Assembly: GCA_041697335.1 (NCBI GenBank) | Contig: JBGUGD010000039.1 | Span: 128,001-192,000 of the forward strand | DNA length: 64,000 nt | Source: Vampirovibrionaceae bacterium NZW_1234 | Lineage (GTDB): Bacteria; Cyanobacteriota; Vampirovibrionia; Vampirovibrionales; JAGQHJ01 | Direction: 5' to 3' | Translations under genes and position numbers: made by a program | Part shown: positions 10,866 through 21,270 of the stretch, piece after piece | Numbering within the stretch: position 1 is the first letter of the stretch | How the letters are laid out: the number at the start of each line of letters is the position of its first letter | Notes under the pieces: model-generated | What the model was told of the DNA's origin: nothing | Seen by the model: the letters and a program-made list of their open reading frames with translations, nothing else | Databases searched by the model: none

Positions 10866-11384
10866 ATGATTCAAATTGGCAAACCCGCTCCCGAGTTTAC
10901 CGCCCAAGCGGTTGTTGACGGGCAAATCAAAGACGTTTCCTTGAGAGACTACCGTGGCAAATGGGTGGTCCTGTTCTTCTACCCCTTGGACTTCACCTTC
11001 GTGTGCCCCACCGAAATCACCGGCTTCAACGACAAGCTGAACGAATTCGAAAAAATCAATTGCCAAGTGTTGGGCGCTAGTGTTGACAGCGTTTACTCTC
11101 ACTTGGATTGGATGAAAGACTTGGGCCAACTGCGCTTCCCGCTGTTGAGCGACTTGACCAAGCGCATCAGCCGTGACTATGGCATCTTGAGCGAAGAAAA
11201 AGGCATCAGCTTCCGCGGCGCCTTCATCATCGACCCCGATGGCAACCTCAGAAGCTACGTCGTTAACGACTTGTCCGTGGGCCGCAACGTAGATGAAATT
11301 CTGCGTAACGTCCAAGCCTTCCAAACCGGCGAACTCTGCCCGGTTGGCTGGAAGCCCGGCGAAAAAACCTTGGGTAAAGCCTAG
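10866..11384 (+). CDS. ahpC: 2-Cys peroxiredoxin (AhpC/TSA)
   Basis: [14 protein letters not shown] and GELCPVGW motifs; AAGGAG RBS. Confidence 0.95.
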   Translation: MIQIGKPAPEFTAQAVVDGQIKDVSLRDYRGKWVVLFFYPLDFTFVCPTEITGFNDKLNEFEKINCQVLGASVDSVYSHLDWMKDLGQLRFPLLSDLTKRISRDYGILSEEKGISFRGAFIIDPDGNLRSYVVNDLSVGRNVDEILRNVQAFQTGELCPVGWKPGEKTLGKA

Positions 11385-11413
11385 TCACCCAAGCGCACAG
11401 GGTATTAACCCTT

Positions 11414-11452
11414 AACGAAAACGAGACAGTCATTGACTGTCTCGTTTTCGTT
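11414..11452. terminator. Bidirectional intrinsic terminator between convergent genes
   Basis: Perfect 19-nt inverted repeat AACGAAAACGAGACAGTCA-T-TGACTGTCTCGTTTTCGTT. Confidence 0.85.
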
Positions 11453-11478
11453 TAAAGCTTGTTTTGGTTAGCAGTTAC

Positions 11479-11853
11479 TTAGCCAACCACGTTTAATTGG
11501 CTTCCAGCAACGCCCATCTGACCAAAGCGACGGGCAAACTGCTCACCATCGGTCCCGCTTTCTAAGGGGCCACGGGAATTAATGCCAGCATACAACTCGT
11601 TAACGCCACCGGCTTGACCAACGCCTTGGGTTCTACCGACTTGGCCAACACCAAAAGGATTACTACCGCCCTGGACACCAGAGGTTCCAGCGCCAGCGCC
11701 AGAAGCACCATCAACGCCACCGGCAAAGCGGGTGGGATTGGCGCCGTTGGAGCCAAATGGATTGGCAGAACCAGACTGGGCGTTTAAGGACGCAGCATAC
11801 TCTGCGGCTTTCCGCCAACTATCTAATCCTGATGCGCCACCGATAGGTGCCAT
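11479..11853 (-). CDS. 124-aa Gly/Ala/Ser-rich protein ending GSQLNVVG
   Basis: GGAG RBS before ATG 11853 (MAPIGG...); NPFG occurs twice; followed by the terminator. Confidence 0.72.
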   Translation of the reverse strand: MAPIGGASGLDSWRKAAEYAASLNAQSGSANPFGSNGANPTRFAGGVDGASGAGAGTSGVQGGSNPFGVGQVGRTQGVGQAGGVNELYAGINSRGPLESGTDGEQFARRFGQMGVAGSQLNVVG

Positions 11854-12026
11854 GTTGTACTCCATGCGTATCCAACTATATATATGAATAAAAACAATGT
11901 CATGGCAAATCTTGCTACGACACAGATCACAAACCCACAAAATTCAACCACCCAAAATCAAGCCTGGTGGGAACTTCTGGGAATTCTTAAAACATCCTTA
12001 AGGTTTACAATCCGCGACAAAATCCC

Positions 12027-12473
12027 TTAAATGTGAATGCTTTTGTTTTCACACAAGGGGTCGCATTGCTCATCTTTATGCTGTTTGCAGACGGCACACT
12101 CGTCTAAAATCCTCAACGATATGTCCACTTCCCGGTTCATATCGGCCATCTCAATGAGTTTTTGGGTAATTTTCTCTTTTTTAATCAACAAGGCCTGCCG
12201 TGTACGCTCAATAACGTCTTTATCGGACTGGAGCGTATCGGACGTTCCAATGATTTCCCGGATCTCTTCCAGGGAGAAATCCAGCTTTTTGAGCGAATTG
12301 ATGAACTGAACCCGGCGAATAACCGAGGGATGGTAGAGCCGGAAATTACCCTTGGTCCGATTATCCGGCTCAATCAGACTCAGCTCTTCATAGTAGCGCA
12401 GCGTGCGCAAGGTAATGCCAGTTTGCTTGGCAACGTCTCCAATTTTGAGCAATTGCGGCTCTGTGGTCGTCAT
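12027..12473 (-). CDS. MerR-family transcriptional regulator with Cys-rich C-terminus
   Basis: KIGDVAKQTGITLRTLRYYE HTH; C-terminal CAVC...CDPLC. Confidence 0.92.
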   Translation of the reverse strand: MTTTEPQLLKIGDVAKQTGITLRTLRYYEELSLIEPDNRTKGNFRLYHPSVIRRVQFINSLKKLDFSLEEIREIIGTSDTLQSDKDVIERTRQALLIKKEKITQKLIEMADMNREVDISLRILDECAVCKQHKDEQCDPLCENKSIHI

Positions 12474-12737
12474 CGGGTTCAGTGGCCTGTGTCACGGGAC
12501 ATCACACGTTTCAGTATAGCACACAAGCAGTTGCCCTTCAGGGGGAAAGAACCCAGAGGTCCCGTTTTCAACCCCATTCGTTAAGGCTTTGTAATATCAG
12601 GTTTTATCCCGGACCCCGGAGGGAATAAGGGGGTTAAAGGGTTGATTCTCTTACCCAAGGCATCTCACGGAAGAGACGCTTTACCATAACTGAGTACGGT
12701 TTACTGCAAATTTAAAAGAATTAAAGGAGTGCTGTCA

Positions 12738-12935
12738 ATGCAAGACTGGATGAAACGCATGCCTCTGCAAAAACAGGCTGGACAAGGTGTTATCGAGTAC
12801 GCAGGCGCCATGATTGTTGCTGCCTTAATTGTTGCGGCCGTATTGGTCATTGGCCAGCAAGGGATGGGCAACGTCTATAACAGTATCTTTGGTGGTGTTC
12901 AAAGCTTCTTCACCACCCAGTCAGGTAACTTATAA
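12738..12935 (+). CDS. flp: Flp (type IVc) pilin
   Basis: G/QGVIEY prepilin motif followed by a hydrophobic helix; AAGGAG RBS; first gene of the Tad locus. Confidence 0.85.
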   Translation: MQDWMKRMPLQKQAGQGVIEYAGAMIVAALIVAAVLVIGQQGMGNVYNSIFGGVQSFFTTQSGNL

Positions 12936-12953
12936 AGAATTTGTTCCTTTGCA

Positions 12954-12989
12954 GCAGAGAGAGAGAGTGGCGTGCCCATCTCTCTCTGC
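12954..12989 (+). terminator. Stem-loop after the pilin gene (attenuator or mRNA stabiliser)
   Basis: GCAGAGAGAGA...TCTCTCTCTGC inverted repeat; no strong U-tract. Confidence 0.55.
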
Positions 12990-13070
12990 GCTCTCCTATA
13001 TTTCATTTCAGACCGAATGTATCCCCCTAGAACGCCAACCATCCCATCAAGAATAAAGAGGCAACCTTTC

Positions 13071-13556
13071 ATGGCACCGTGTTTCAGGTATTTCAAGAGT
13101 TTTCATCGTTCCAAAAAGCAAGGGCAGGGCACCGTGGAAATGGTCATGTCCATGTTGCTGTTTACGGCCATGATTGGCGCCCTGGTGAGTTTGAGTTTAT
13201 ACCTTTACATCAATCACTCCTTCCTCACAGCGGCCAAAGAAGGTGCTCGGGTAGCTGCAGCCGACAGTAACTTTGCCAATACGGCAACCATCAATACCGG
13301 CATTACTAATGTTCGAAATTGGGTGCGTACCTTTGTATCGAACAGCACGGGCATTCAGCTATCAAACAGCAATATCAACGTCACGGGACCGACCGGGAGC
13401 TCAACCGGAAACCGCCGTATGACGGTGACGATTACCTATCAGTTTCAAAATCCGGTGCAAATCCGCACTTTTCTGAATCGTTTAAGTGGAGGATCCGCGA
13501 CCGGATTGGATACCTTTACGATTACCAATACGGCAACAATGCGCTACGAGGAGTAG
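13071..13556 (+). CDS. tadE: TadE-like pseudopilin
   Basis: QGQGTVEM motif, hydrophobic helix, then AAKEGARVAA. Confidence 0.85.
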   Translation: MAPCFRYFKSFHRSKKQGQGTVEMVMSMLLFTAMIGALVSLSLYLYINHSFLTAAKEGARVAAADSNFANTATINTGITNVRNWVRTFVSNSTGIQLSNSNINVTGPTGSSTGNRRMTVTITYQFQNPVQIRTFLNRLSGGSATGLDTFTITNTATMRYEE

Positions 13557-13565
13557 GATCACACA

Positions 13566-14672
13566 ATGAGTTCCAAGCCAGGATCAGGCGGCCCCAAGCT
13601 GCGTCGTCTTAATATGGGTCAGGTGTTTATCATTTTGGCCGTGGTCAGTGCCGTATTGACCATGGTGGTTTTCAAAAGCATCATGAGCGGCCCTGCTCCG
13701 CAAAAGGCCGAAAAGGTCAAAACAAAGCCCTTGGTGGTTGCGGCGCAACAGCTATACTCGGGAGAAGTCTTACAAGCTAACAGTTTAAAAGTAATTGAAT
13801 GGCCTGCCGATCATTATCCAGAAGGAGAAAACGTATTTGATTCACCTCAAAAGCTTATTGGCCGTGCCCTTAAACGAGACATTTATCCCGGTGAGCCCCT
13901 TTTCAAAATGAGCTTGGCCAATGAATCATCCAATGGCGGTATGCCTGTGGTCATTCCACCCGGCCATCGAGCCATGACCATATTGGTTCGGGAAGACAAA
14001 GGTGTTGGCGGCTTCATCAAACCCGGTGATCACGTGGATGTGCTGGGGACCTTTAACCTCAAGCTGTCTCAAACCAGTGAAAAAGCAGTGGCTGAAAACA
14101 CCGGTGTCTTGTTGGAAGACAGCATCGATGTTTCCCAAACCGTCTTACAGGATGTCTTGGTTCTGGCGATCGCCCAGGAAATGTATGACAAGAAAAATGT
14201 CATCGAAGAAGGCTTAGAAGGGTCAAATTCAGGCAATCCCCCCGCCGAGACCAATGGCAATGGCACCACCCCGGCAAATAACAACAACGCCCCCAAAGGC
14301 GATGTGACTAAAGGTAAAGTGGTTTCCTCCATTACCTTGGCTGTAACACCGGAAGAAGCTGAAAAGCTGGCCTTTGCCGATACTCGTGGCCAACTCCGCC
14401 TGGCTTTACGCCCGGAAAACGAGCACGAAGAAGTCAGTCTGCTTGGGGCTTTCAGTCAGGACATGCTGCCTTTTAACAAAATGATGGAAAAGCTGGCCCA
14501 GATGACCGCCGGAATGGATCCATCCCTGTTTGGCCCCAAGCCCTCGGCCGCATCCTCCGAGTCCATGCCGCCCGCTCCCATGGCAGCCGCATCGGCCCCC
14601 CCGCCGGTCTTTACCAGCGGAAAAGAAATTCAACTGATTGAAGGAACCTCAAAAAGCAGTATCAGTTTCTAA
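13566..14672 (+). CDS. cpaB: Flp pilus assembly protein CpaB/RcpC
   Basis: N-terminal TM, SAF domain, PPGHRAMTI, GVGGFIKPGDHVDV, VLQDVLVLAI, TLAVTPEEAEKL. Confidence 0.93.
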   Translation: MSSKPGSGGPKLRRLNMGQVFIILAVVSAVLTMVVFKSIMSGPAPQKAEKVKTKPLVVAAQQLYSGEVLQANSLKVIEWPADHYPEGENVFDSPQKLIGRALKRDIYPGEPLFKMSLANESSNGGMPVVIPPGHRAMTILVREDKGVGGFIKPGDHVDVLGTFNLKLSQTSEKAVAENTGVLLEDSIDVSQTVLQDVLVLAIAQEMYDKKNVIEEGLEGSNSGNPPAETNGNGTTPANNNNAPKGDVTKGKVVSSITLAVTPEEAEKLAFADTRGQLRLALRPENEHEEVSLLGAFSQDMLPFNKMMEKLAQMTAGMDPSLFGPKPSAASSESMPPAPMAAASAPPPVFTSGKEIQLIEGTSKSSISF

Positions 14673-14803
14673 TAAAGAAGAAAGAACACACGTTCACAAC
14701 AAACACAACCGTAAACCCAATCGACCCCTAGAATAAAAGGTGTGCTTATTTTTTAGACAAACAGAGCAGAGTTGGAGACAAGGCGAGGAGTTCGTTTTTT
14801 ACA

Positions 14804-17350
14804 ATGAAGACTAAGTTAATGGCACTGGCCCTGACCATGGCCTTATGCAACAGCAGCACACTGGCTCCGCTGGCACTGGCCGCAGCCACAAAAGCACCGC
14901 AAAGTCCGGTTATTCGAAGCACCATTAGCCAAAATACAACCCAATTGGAACTCACCATGGGCAAAGCCCAGGTTATCCGACTCAGTAGCCCTGCTAGCCG
15001 TGTCTCTATAAGCGATCCCCAAGTTGTGGGTGTTGTCCTCATCAGTCCCACCGAAGTCGAGCTAATCGGTAAAGCCGTCGGAGTAGCAAACCTGCTTATC
15101 TGGAACGAAAACAGCGGCTCAAACTACACCACCATCGACTTATCCGTTCATCGTGACGTATCAACCCTTGCCAACAAGATTCAAATGATTGACCCCGGCA
15201 TCAATATCCTGCCGGTCGCTGCGGAAGATTCCGTTATTTTGACCGGTGTCGCCGAGTCCCAGGACAAAGCCCAACTGGCGTATGATTTAGCCAAAGCTTT
15301 CTTCTCCGAAGATCGTGCTGGACAAGGGCAGGCCAATGAAGTCAGCAGTAACTCCCCAGGCAGTGCACTGCAGGCCCAGAGTTCAACAAAAATCATTAAC
15401 CTGATTCGCGTGATGGGCCAGCCCACCACCAAAGCCGAAATGGTTCAGGAGCAGCTGAAGAACATTGATCCCAACATCAAACTCAGCATCGTTCCAGGCT
15501 TTGGCGGCAAGGAGAAAGCCATTTTAATGGGTCGGGTGAAAAACAGCAGTGCCGTCTCCAAGGCCATCAACCTGGCCGGTGTGTTCTATGGCACACCGGG
15601 CATTAAAATTCTTGCCGGCCAAGGTGGAAACCTGGTCAAAGAAGAGGGCGGCAGCAGCTCTTCTTCAAACGACAGCAGCTTTACAGCAGGCAGTGGCGGC
15701 GATCTGGTCAGCAATTTTGCCGGTAACATCCTCCATGGCTCCATTATGACCGATGCCTCTGGCAACGTGGTCAGTATGCTGGAAGTGGAAGAGCGCCCCC
15801 AGATCAAATGCACCATCAAGTTCCTGGAAGTCCAGAAAACCAACGTCAATAATTACACCATTTCTCATTTCCTCGCCGGTGAAACCGCCCGGTTTGCCTC
15901 CTATCAAGGTGGCCTGGGCCAAGGTGTCGTTGCCGGGACCACCACCAATGTCTTGTTTACCACCATCGAAAGCTTTTTTAACCAGGTCAACGGGGCCAAC
16001 AACGCAACATTGGGGATCCGCTATGGTGGAGACTTCTCCAGCGTCTTAAACGGTCTGGTTAGCAACGGTGTGGCCAAGGTCCTGGCGGAGCCAACGCTGA
16101 CCAGTATCAGCGGTGAGCCTGCCTCCTTCCTCGCTGGCGGTGAGTTTCCCATTCCCTTAATCAACAGTACCGGTGGGGTCAGTATTATCTTTAAAGAGTT
16201 CGGTATTCGCCTCAACATGTTGGCCACCGTCACCGACCGCGGCACCGTCCACATGCAGGTCAGCCCTGAAGTCAGTGCTTTGGACGCAAACTCCTCCGTA
16301 AACATCAGCGGGTTCCGGGTTCCCGGCTTAAGCACCCGCCGCAGTCAAAGCGTTCTGGAGATGAACAATGGCGACTATTTCGTCTTAAGCGGGCTCTATA
16401 ATGACAGTTCGACCCGAAACCTGATTAAAACCCCCTTACTGGGACAGCTCCCGATTTTAGGAACCTTGTTCCGCAGCAAAGCTTTCCAGGAAGCCAAAAC
16501 GGAGATTGTCATTGTGGTTCACCCTGAGATCCAATCTCAAATGAATCTCAGTGCCGTGGAATCCCGCAGAGATGCCAATGCCCCTAAAATTAGCGCCGAT
16601 GCCGAAGCCGTTTTGAAGGCCTATCAAATCCCGGGAAGCACCACAACCGCCTCCGAAGGCAAGCCTGAAACCAAGGCCGATACAAAAATCCTGGCCAGCA
16701 CCGATCCCAAGGCTGAGCTGAAAGCGGCAGCCGGGTCGGGAACCACTTCGGACGGCAAACCCACCCGAGAATTCAAACGTGCTTTGAAAAAAGCACAAAA
16801 AGAAGCACAACGGCTTGCCAAAGAAGCCCAAGAGGCAAAAGCTGCTGAACCCCAACCAACTGCCAAGCCCGATTCGACAGCAACAGCCCCATCAACAGAT
16901 TTAGGGACAGTTAGTGGCGCTGCAGGCCAGGTCATCCTTCCCGCAGGTCTGGAAGATTACCTTAGCACTCAAAAGCAAGAACTAACCAACCTGCTAGGGC
17001 GTCTCGAGGCATCCGTAACCCCAGAAGTGGTTGAATCCAGCCCGAAGCCAAGTCCCCAGACCCCAACTGCCAAAGCCCCCCAAGCTACGGCTCCGGCAGC
17101 GGCCCAGAAAGCACTCCCCTCGGCAAAGCCTGGCCAGACCAGTGCCAAAGTGAGTGACATTCCGGCTAAAAGTCTCAATAAGGCAACCACCAGCGGTAAA
17201 CCACTGGCGCCAAAAACCAAAGCCACAAACGTTCCCAAACGTGTAAAACCCACAACCACTGGGGTTCTTCCTCCCCGTAAACCGGATGTGGCCGTACATG
17301 TCAACAAAATCCGACAAAGCCTCACCCAATTGTTAAGTTTCAATCCTTAA
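14804..17350 (+). CDS. cpaC: Tad secretin CpaC/RcpA with duplicated N-module and long P/A/K/T-rich tail
   Basis: Signal peptide; LAEPTLTSISGEPASFLAGGEFPIP, FKEFGIRL and PLLGQLPILGTLFRS secretin motifs. Confidence 0.92.
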   Translation: MKTKLMALALTMALCNSSTLAPLALAAATKAPQSPVIRSTISQNTTQLELTMGKAQVIRLSSPASRVSISDPQVVGVVLISPTEVELIGKAVGVANLLIWNENSGSNYTTIDLSVHRDVSTLANKIQMIDPGINILPVAAEDSVILTGVAESQDKAQLAYDLAKAFFSEDRAGQGQANEVSSNSPGSALQAQSSTKIINLIRVMGQPTTKAEMVQEQLKNIDPNIKLSIVPGFGGKEKAILMGRVKNSSAVSKAINLAGVFYGTPGIKILAGQGGNLVKEEGGSSSSSNDSSFTAGSGGDLVSNFAGNILHGSIMTDASGNVVSMLEVEERPQIKCTIKFLEVQKTNVNNYTISHFLAGETARFASYQGGLGQGVVAGTTTNVLFTTIESFFNQVNGANNATLGIRYGGDFSSVLNGLVSNGVAKVLAEPTLTSISGEPASFLAGGEFPIPLINSTGGVSIIFKEFGIRLNMLATVTDRGTVHMQVSPEVSALDANSSVNISGFRVPGLSTRRSQSVLEMNNGDYFVLSGLYNDSSTRNLIKTPLLGQLPILGTLFRSKAFQEAKTEIVIVVHPEIQSQMNLSAVESRRDANAPKISADAEAVLKAYQIPGSTTTASEGKPETKADTKILASTDPKAELKAAAGSGTTSDGKPTREFKRALKKAQKEAQRLAKEAQEAKAAEPQPTAKPDSTATAPSTDLGTVSGAAGQVILPAGLEDYLSTQKQELTNLLGRLEASVTPEVVESSPKPSPQTPTAKAPQATAPAAAQKALPSAKPGQTSAKVSDIPAKSLNKATTSGKPLAPKTKATNVPKRVKPTTTGVLPPRKPDVAVHVNKIRQSLTQLLSFNP

Positions 17351-17359
17351 AGGAAACAC

Positions 17360-17388
17360 ATCGCCATCCCAAAAATCGGGATGGCGAT
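17360..17388 (+). terminator. Stem-loop after cpaC
   Basis: ATCGCCATCCC-N7-GGGATGGCGAT perfect 11-bp stem. Confidence 0.6.
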
Positions 17389-17650
17389 CCCCCCCTGGAT
17401 CTGTCAACCTCAACTCCCTGCGCTCTATTGGCCCCTATCCGATGAGAAGGTCAAAGACGTGATAGCGAAGGTGCATCTCCTTCAGGTGAGCGACCGCCAT
17501 AAAGAAAATGACAGCTTGGTCGATACCTTCAGTGTATGAGGAAGTTCATCGCCAACGCTCAGAGACGACTGTGAAACCGATGGGTCATATGAACCGACAG
17601 CCCGATAGCTTGGACACCTCAGGCCCCATGACACTTGAGACACTATACCT

Positions 17651-18886
17651 ATGAGAGTAATTGCTGTCGCCAGCACCGAAGAAACCCGAAATATGCTTAC
17701 TAAGCAGCTCCAGCAGCTTAGTTTCATTAAGTTCGACGGTGTTGTGACAGAGCTTTCCGACGCCCAATCGTTGTGGCAAAAGCAAAAGCCCGATTTGCTC
17801 ATTATCGACCTGACCGACCGAGAGCTCGATGCCTGTCTCTTTATCGAAGTCATCAACTACAACGTCGAGAGCAAAACCGTGGTGTTCGGTCTGCACCGGG
17901 AACTGGATCCCAACATCATTGTCAAAGCCGTCTCCAGTGGTGTGAAAGAGTTTATTCAATACCCCAAAGACCCAGCAGCCCTGGAAGCTGCTATCGAAAA
18001 GCATTGGAACTTCCATCAAAAGCTGGCCTTGAAACAAAAAGGCGAAACAGAGCGCGACTACGGCAAAGTCATCCCAGTCTTTGGCAGTAAAGGTGGGGTC
18101 GGGGCCTCCACGGTGGCCGTTAACCTGGCTCACCAGCTACGCTTAGTGACCCGAAAACCGGTTCTCATCTTTGATATGGACCAGGTTTTTGGCAATACAG
18201 CCGTCATGCTCAACTTTAAGGCCAGCTATGCCCTGTCCGATCTGGTGAATGAAAACCCCAACGACATTGATGATGCCGTCTTGGATAAAATCATCGTCCA
18301 CCACGAAACCGGCATCGACCTGATTGTGGCTTGTAAAAGCGTGTTGGATGAAAACCCGCTCATCCCTCCCGAGCTTCTCGAGCGGGTCATGACCTACATC
18401 AAATCCCGGTATGAGTTCATCATCATCGATTTACCCACCCATGTCGTGGATCCGTACCACCAGTACTTTGTGGAAAGTGCCGATGATATTCTCCTGGTGT
18501 CGTCCTTGGACATTCCCGGCCTCTATCGGACCCGCCAGTACATCGAACTGGTGAAGCGCCACCTGGACACCAACAAGGTCAAGCTGATCCTCAACCGCTG
18601 CGACCTCAAAGCTGCGGTAGGAATGTCAAACGAAAGCATTGAAGAAGAGTTTAAATACCCGATCTACTTCCGTCTGCCCAACAATTGGCCGTTAAACGTG
18701 GAAGCCATGAGCCTGGGCCAGGCTCTGGGGATGGTATCTCCCCAGGCGGATTTGGTAAAGGCCTTTCAGGAACTGGCCACCAAGTTGTCCGGCATTGCCA
18801 CATCCTTGGAACCTGAGCGCCAGTCGGAAAAATCCACCGGATTCTTTGGACGATTAACACGGAGAAGCAGTCATGTCGCTGGTTAG
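17651..18886 (+). CDS. cpaE: CpaE/TadZ (receiver-like plus MinD/ParA-like ATPase)
   Basis: N-terminal REC-like domain; GSKGGVGASTVAVNLA; located in the Tad locus. Confidence 0.9.
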   Translation: MRVIAVASTEETRNMLTKQLQQLSFIKFDGVVTELSDAQSLWQKQKPDLLIIDLTDRELDACLFIEVINYNVESKTVVFGLHRELDPNIIVKAVSSGVKEFIQYPKDPAALEAAIEKHWNFHQKLALKQKGETERDYGKVIPVFGSKGGVGASTVAVNLAHQLRLVTRKPVLIFDMDQVFGNTAVMLNFKASYALSDLVNENPNDIDDAVLDKIIVHHETGIDLIVACKSVLDENPLIPPELLERVMTYIKSRYEFIIIDLPTHVVDPYHQYFVESADDILLVSSLDIPGLYRTRQYIELVKRHLDTNKVKLILNRCDLKAAVGMSNESIEEEFKYPIYFRLPNNWPLNVEAMSLGQALGMVSPQADLVKAFQELATKLSGIATSLEPERQSEKSTGFFGRLTRRSSHVAG

Positions 18887-20294
18887 ACAAGGTTGGGGCG
18901 GGTTCAACAAAAAACCCGGTGAATCGGGCCCAGGCCAAGAGCCTGAAACCCCGCATACCGAAGAAACGGCAAGTGAACTGACGGCAAAAAAAGACCAATC
19001 GGCAACAGCCTTGGCTGTAAAAACCGAAAAAGAGAGTGAATCCGAGCAACTGCGGGTCCGGATTCATCGCAGATTGATTGAAGAAATGGATACCACGCAG
19101 CTCAACGATATTAATCCCACAGAGCTGCGTAAACAAATCCGCCAGGCCGTCAATGAACTCCTGTTGGAAGAAAATGCCTTGCTAACCCAAATCGAGCGGG
19201 ATCGGCTGGTCGATGAAATTCTGGACGAAACCATGGGCTTGGGTCCCTTGGAGCCGTTACTGCGGGACAAAACCATCAGCGAAGTCATGGTCAACGGCGC
19301 CAAACACGTCTACGTGGAGCGCAAGGGCAAGCTCGTACTCACCGATGTGCAGTTCAAAGATGACGGCCACTTGATGCAAATCATCGATCGCATTGTCTCT
19401 CGCATCGGTCGCCGGGTCGATGAAAGCACCCCTCTCTGTGACGCCCGTCTTCAGGATGGCTCAAGGGTCAACGTTATCATTCCGCCCCTGGCCATTGATG
19501 GCCCGGCGCTGACCATTCGGAAGTTTTCGGCAGACCCCTACAAGGTCCAGGATCTGATTAATTTCGGCTCCCTCTCGCCTATGGCGGCCGAGGTCCTAAA
19601 AGCCTGTGTTTATGGCCGATTGAATATCATCATCTCCGGCGGTACGGGCTCCGGGAAAACCACGCTCCTTAACGTGGTCTCCAGCTTTATCCCCGATGAC
19701 GAGCGGATTGTCACCATTGAGGACGCCGCCGAGCTACAACTGCAACAGGAGCACGTGGTGCGCCTGGAAACCCGACCACCCAACATTGAAGGCAAAGGCC
19801 AGATTACCATGCGAGATCTGGTCAAAAACTCCCTTCGGATGCGCCCCGAGCGGATTGTTGTCGGGGAGGTCCGGGCCGGAGAAGCCCTGGACATGCTTCA
19901 AGCCATGAACACCGGTCACGATGGCTCTTTGACAACGCTTCACGCCAACACCCCTCGAGACGCCCTTCGTCGCCTTGAGACGCTGGTGATGATGGCAGGC
20001 TTTGACCTGCCGCAACGCGCCATTCGGGAGCAGATTGCCTCGGCCGTCGACTTGATTGTTCAGGCTTGCCGCCTGAGTGACGGAAGCCGCAAGGTCATGA
20101 GCATTACGGAAATCGTCGGCATGGAAGGCGACGTGGTGTTACTGCAGGATATCTTCCTCTTTCGCCAGGAAGGTGTGGATGAAAATGGCAAAATCATTGG
20201 CGAATTCAAATACACCGGTGTCCGACCCAAGTTCCTCGAACGAGTGCTGGCGTCGGGGGCCAAGCTGGATGTCTCGATGTTTGAGCAATTCTAG
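18873..20294 (+). CDS. cpaF: Tad pilus ATPase CpaF/TadA
   Basis: [30 protein letters not shown] and AMNTGHDGS motifs. Confidence 0.96.
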   Translation: MSLVRQGWGGFNKKPGESGPGQEPETPHTEETASELTAKKDQSATALAVKTEKESESEQLRVRIHRRLIEEMDTTQLNDINPTELRKQIRQAVNELLLEENALLTQIERDRLVDEILDETMGLGPLEPLLRDKTISEVMVNGAKHVYVERKGKLVLTDVQFKDDGHLMQIIDRIVSRIGRRVDESTPLCDARLQDGSRVNVIIPPLAIDGPALTIRKFSADPYKVQDLINFGSLSPMAAEVLKACVYGRLNIIISGGTGSGKTTLLNVVSSFIPDDERIVTIEDAAELQLQQEHVVRLETRPPNIEGKGQITMRDLVKNSLRMRPERIVVGEVRAGEALDMLQAMNTGHDGSLTTLHANTPRDALRRLETLVMMAGFDLPQRAIREQIASAVDLIVQACRLSDGSRKVMSITEIVGMEGDVVLLQDIFLFRQEGVDENGKIIGEFKYTGVRPKFLERVLASGAKLDVSMFEQF

Positions 20295-20324
20295 ACATCA
20301 AAGTGATGGAGGCACGTAGGCGCG

Positions 20325-21266
20325 ATGGATCCCTTGTATATTGTACCGGTCATCCCCATTCTCTTTGCCTTTGCGGGGGTGTACTACCTGTTCTTTGCCA
20401 AAAAAGACCAGGCCCGTGAGTTTGTTCATCAGCTCTTCAACGAAGAAGACCGCGCAGAGCAGATGCGGCGGATGCAGCAACAACATTACATCCTCAAAAA
20501 GCGCAACAAAGATCAAAGCAAGTTTCTCCAACGCCTGGATATGGATTTAGAGCGGGCCAACCTGATGATCAAACCCAACGAATTCATCATGTTGGCCGTT
20601 GGCGCCGCTTTTTTCTGCGGCCTGATTACTCTGGCCATGGGAAAAGGCCTTTTCCTGACCATTCTCGCTGGCACGGGCGGTTTCTTTTTACCCCAAATGT
20701 ACCTTAAAATCCGCATCATGATGCGGATGAGCAAAGCCCGGGCCCAGTTTGCCGATGTTCTGGACATGATGGTCAGCTGTTTCAAGTCCGGCTACGGCTT
20801 TGCTCGCGCCGTGCAAGTGGTGGCCGAAAACTTTACCGACCCCTGGTCCACGGAACTGAGTAAAGTGGCGGCAGAAATGAATTTCGGCTCTACCCAGGAA
20901 GATGCCCTATTGGCCCTGGCCAAACGGATTCCGAACCCGGATGTGGCCTTATTTGTGACCGCTGTTTTGATTCAGAAAGAAACCGGCGGCAACCTGGCAG
21001 AATTGCTGAGCAATCTGAGCCACACCATCCGGGATCGCTACAAGCTCCTCAGCAAAGTCAGCGCCTTATCGGCACAAGGCAAGCTTTCGGCCATTATTGT
21101 ATTTCTGATTCCCTTTGGTCTGGCCGGGGTATTTACCTTGATTATGCCCGAAATGATGAACAACTTTGCCCATAACCCCATTGGCATCTGTCTTATCGGG
21201 TTTGCCCTGGTGATGCAGGCCATTGGTGGCGTTGTACTCAAGAAAATCGTCTCATTGGAGGTGTAG
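20325..21266 (+). CDS. tadB: TadB (T2SSF domain)
   Basis: IQKETGGNLAELL and LSAQGKLSA motifs; TM helices. Confidence 0.92.
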   Translation: MDPLYIVPVIPILFAFAGVYYLFFAKKDQAREFVHQLFNEEDRAEQMRRMQQQHYILKKRNKDQSKFLQRLDMDLERANLMIKPNEFIMLAVGAAFFCGLITLAMGKGLFLTILAGTGGFFLPQMYLKIRIMMRMSKARAQFADVLDMMVSCFKSGYGFARAVQVVAENFTDPWSTELSKVAAEMNFGSTQEDALLALAKRIPNPDVALFVTAVLIQKETGGNLAELLSNLSHTIRDRYKLLSKVSALSAQGKLSAIIVFLIPFGLAGVFTLIMPEMMNNFAHNPIGICLIGFALVMQAIGGVVLKKIVSLEV

Positions 21267-21270
21267 TGCC

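Noticed and set aside
6302..11922. CTACGACA upstream of three genes (6302, 10658 reverse, 11915)
   Set aside because: An 8-mer with inconsistent orientation and distance; it also occurs inside nagA, so it is compatible with chance.
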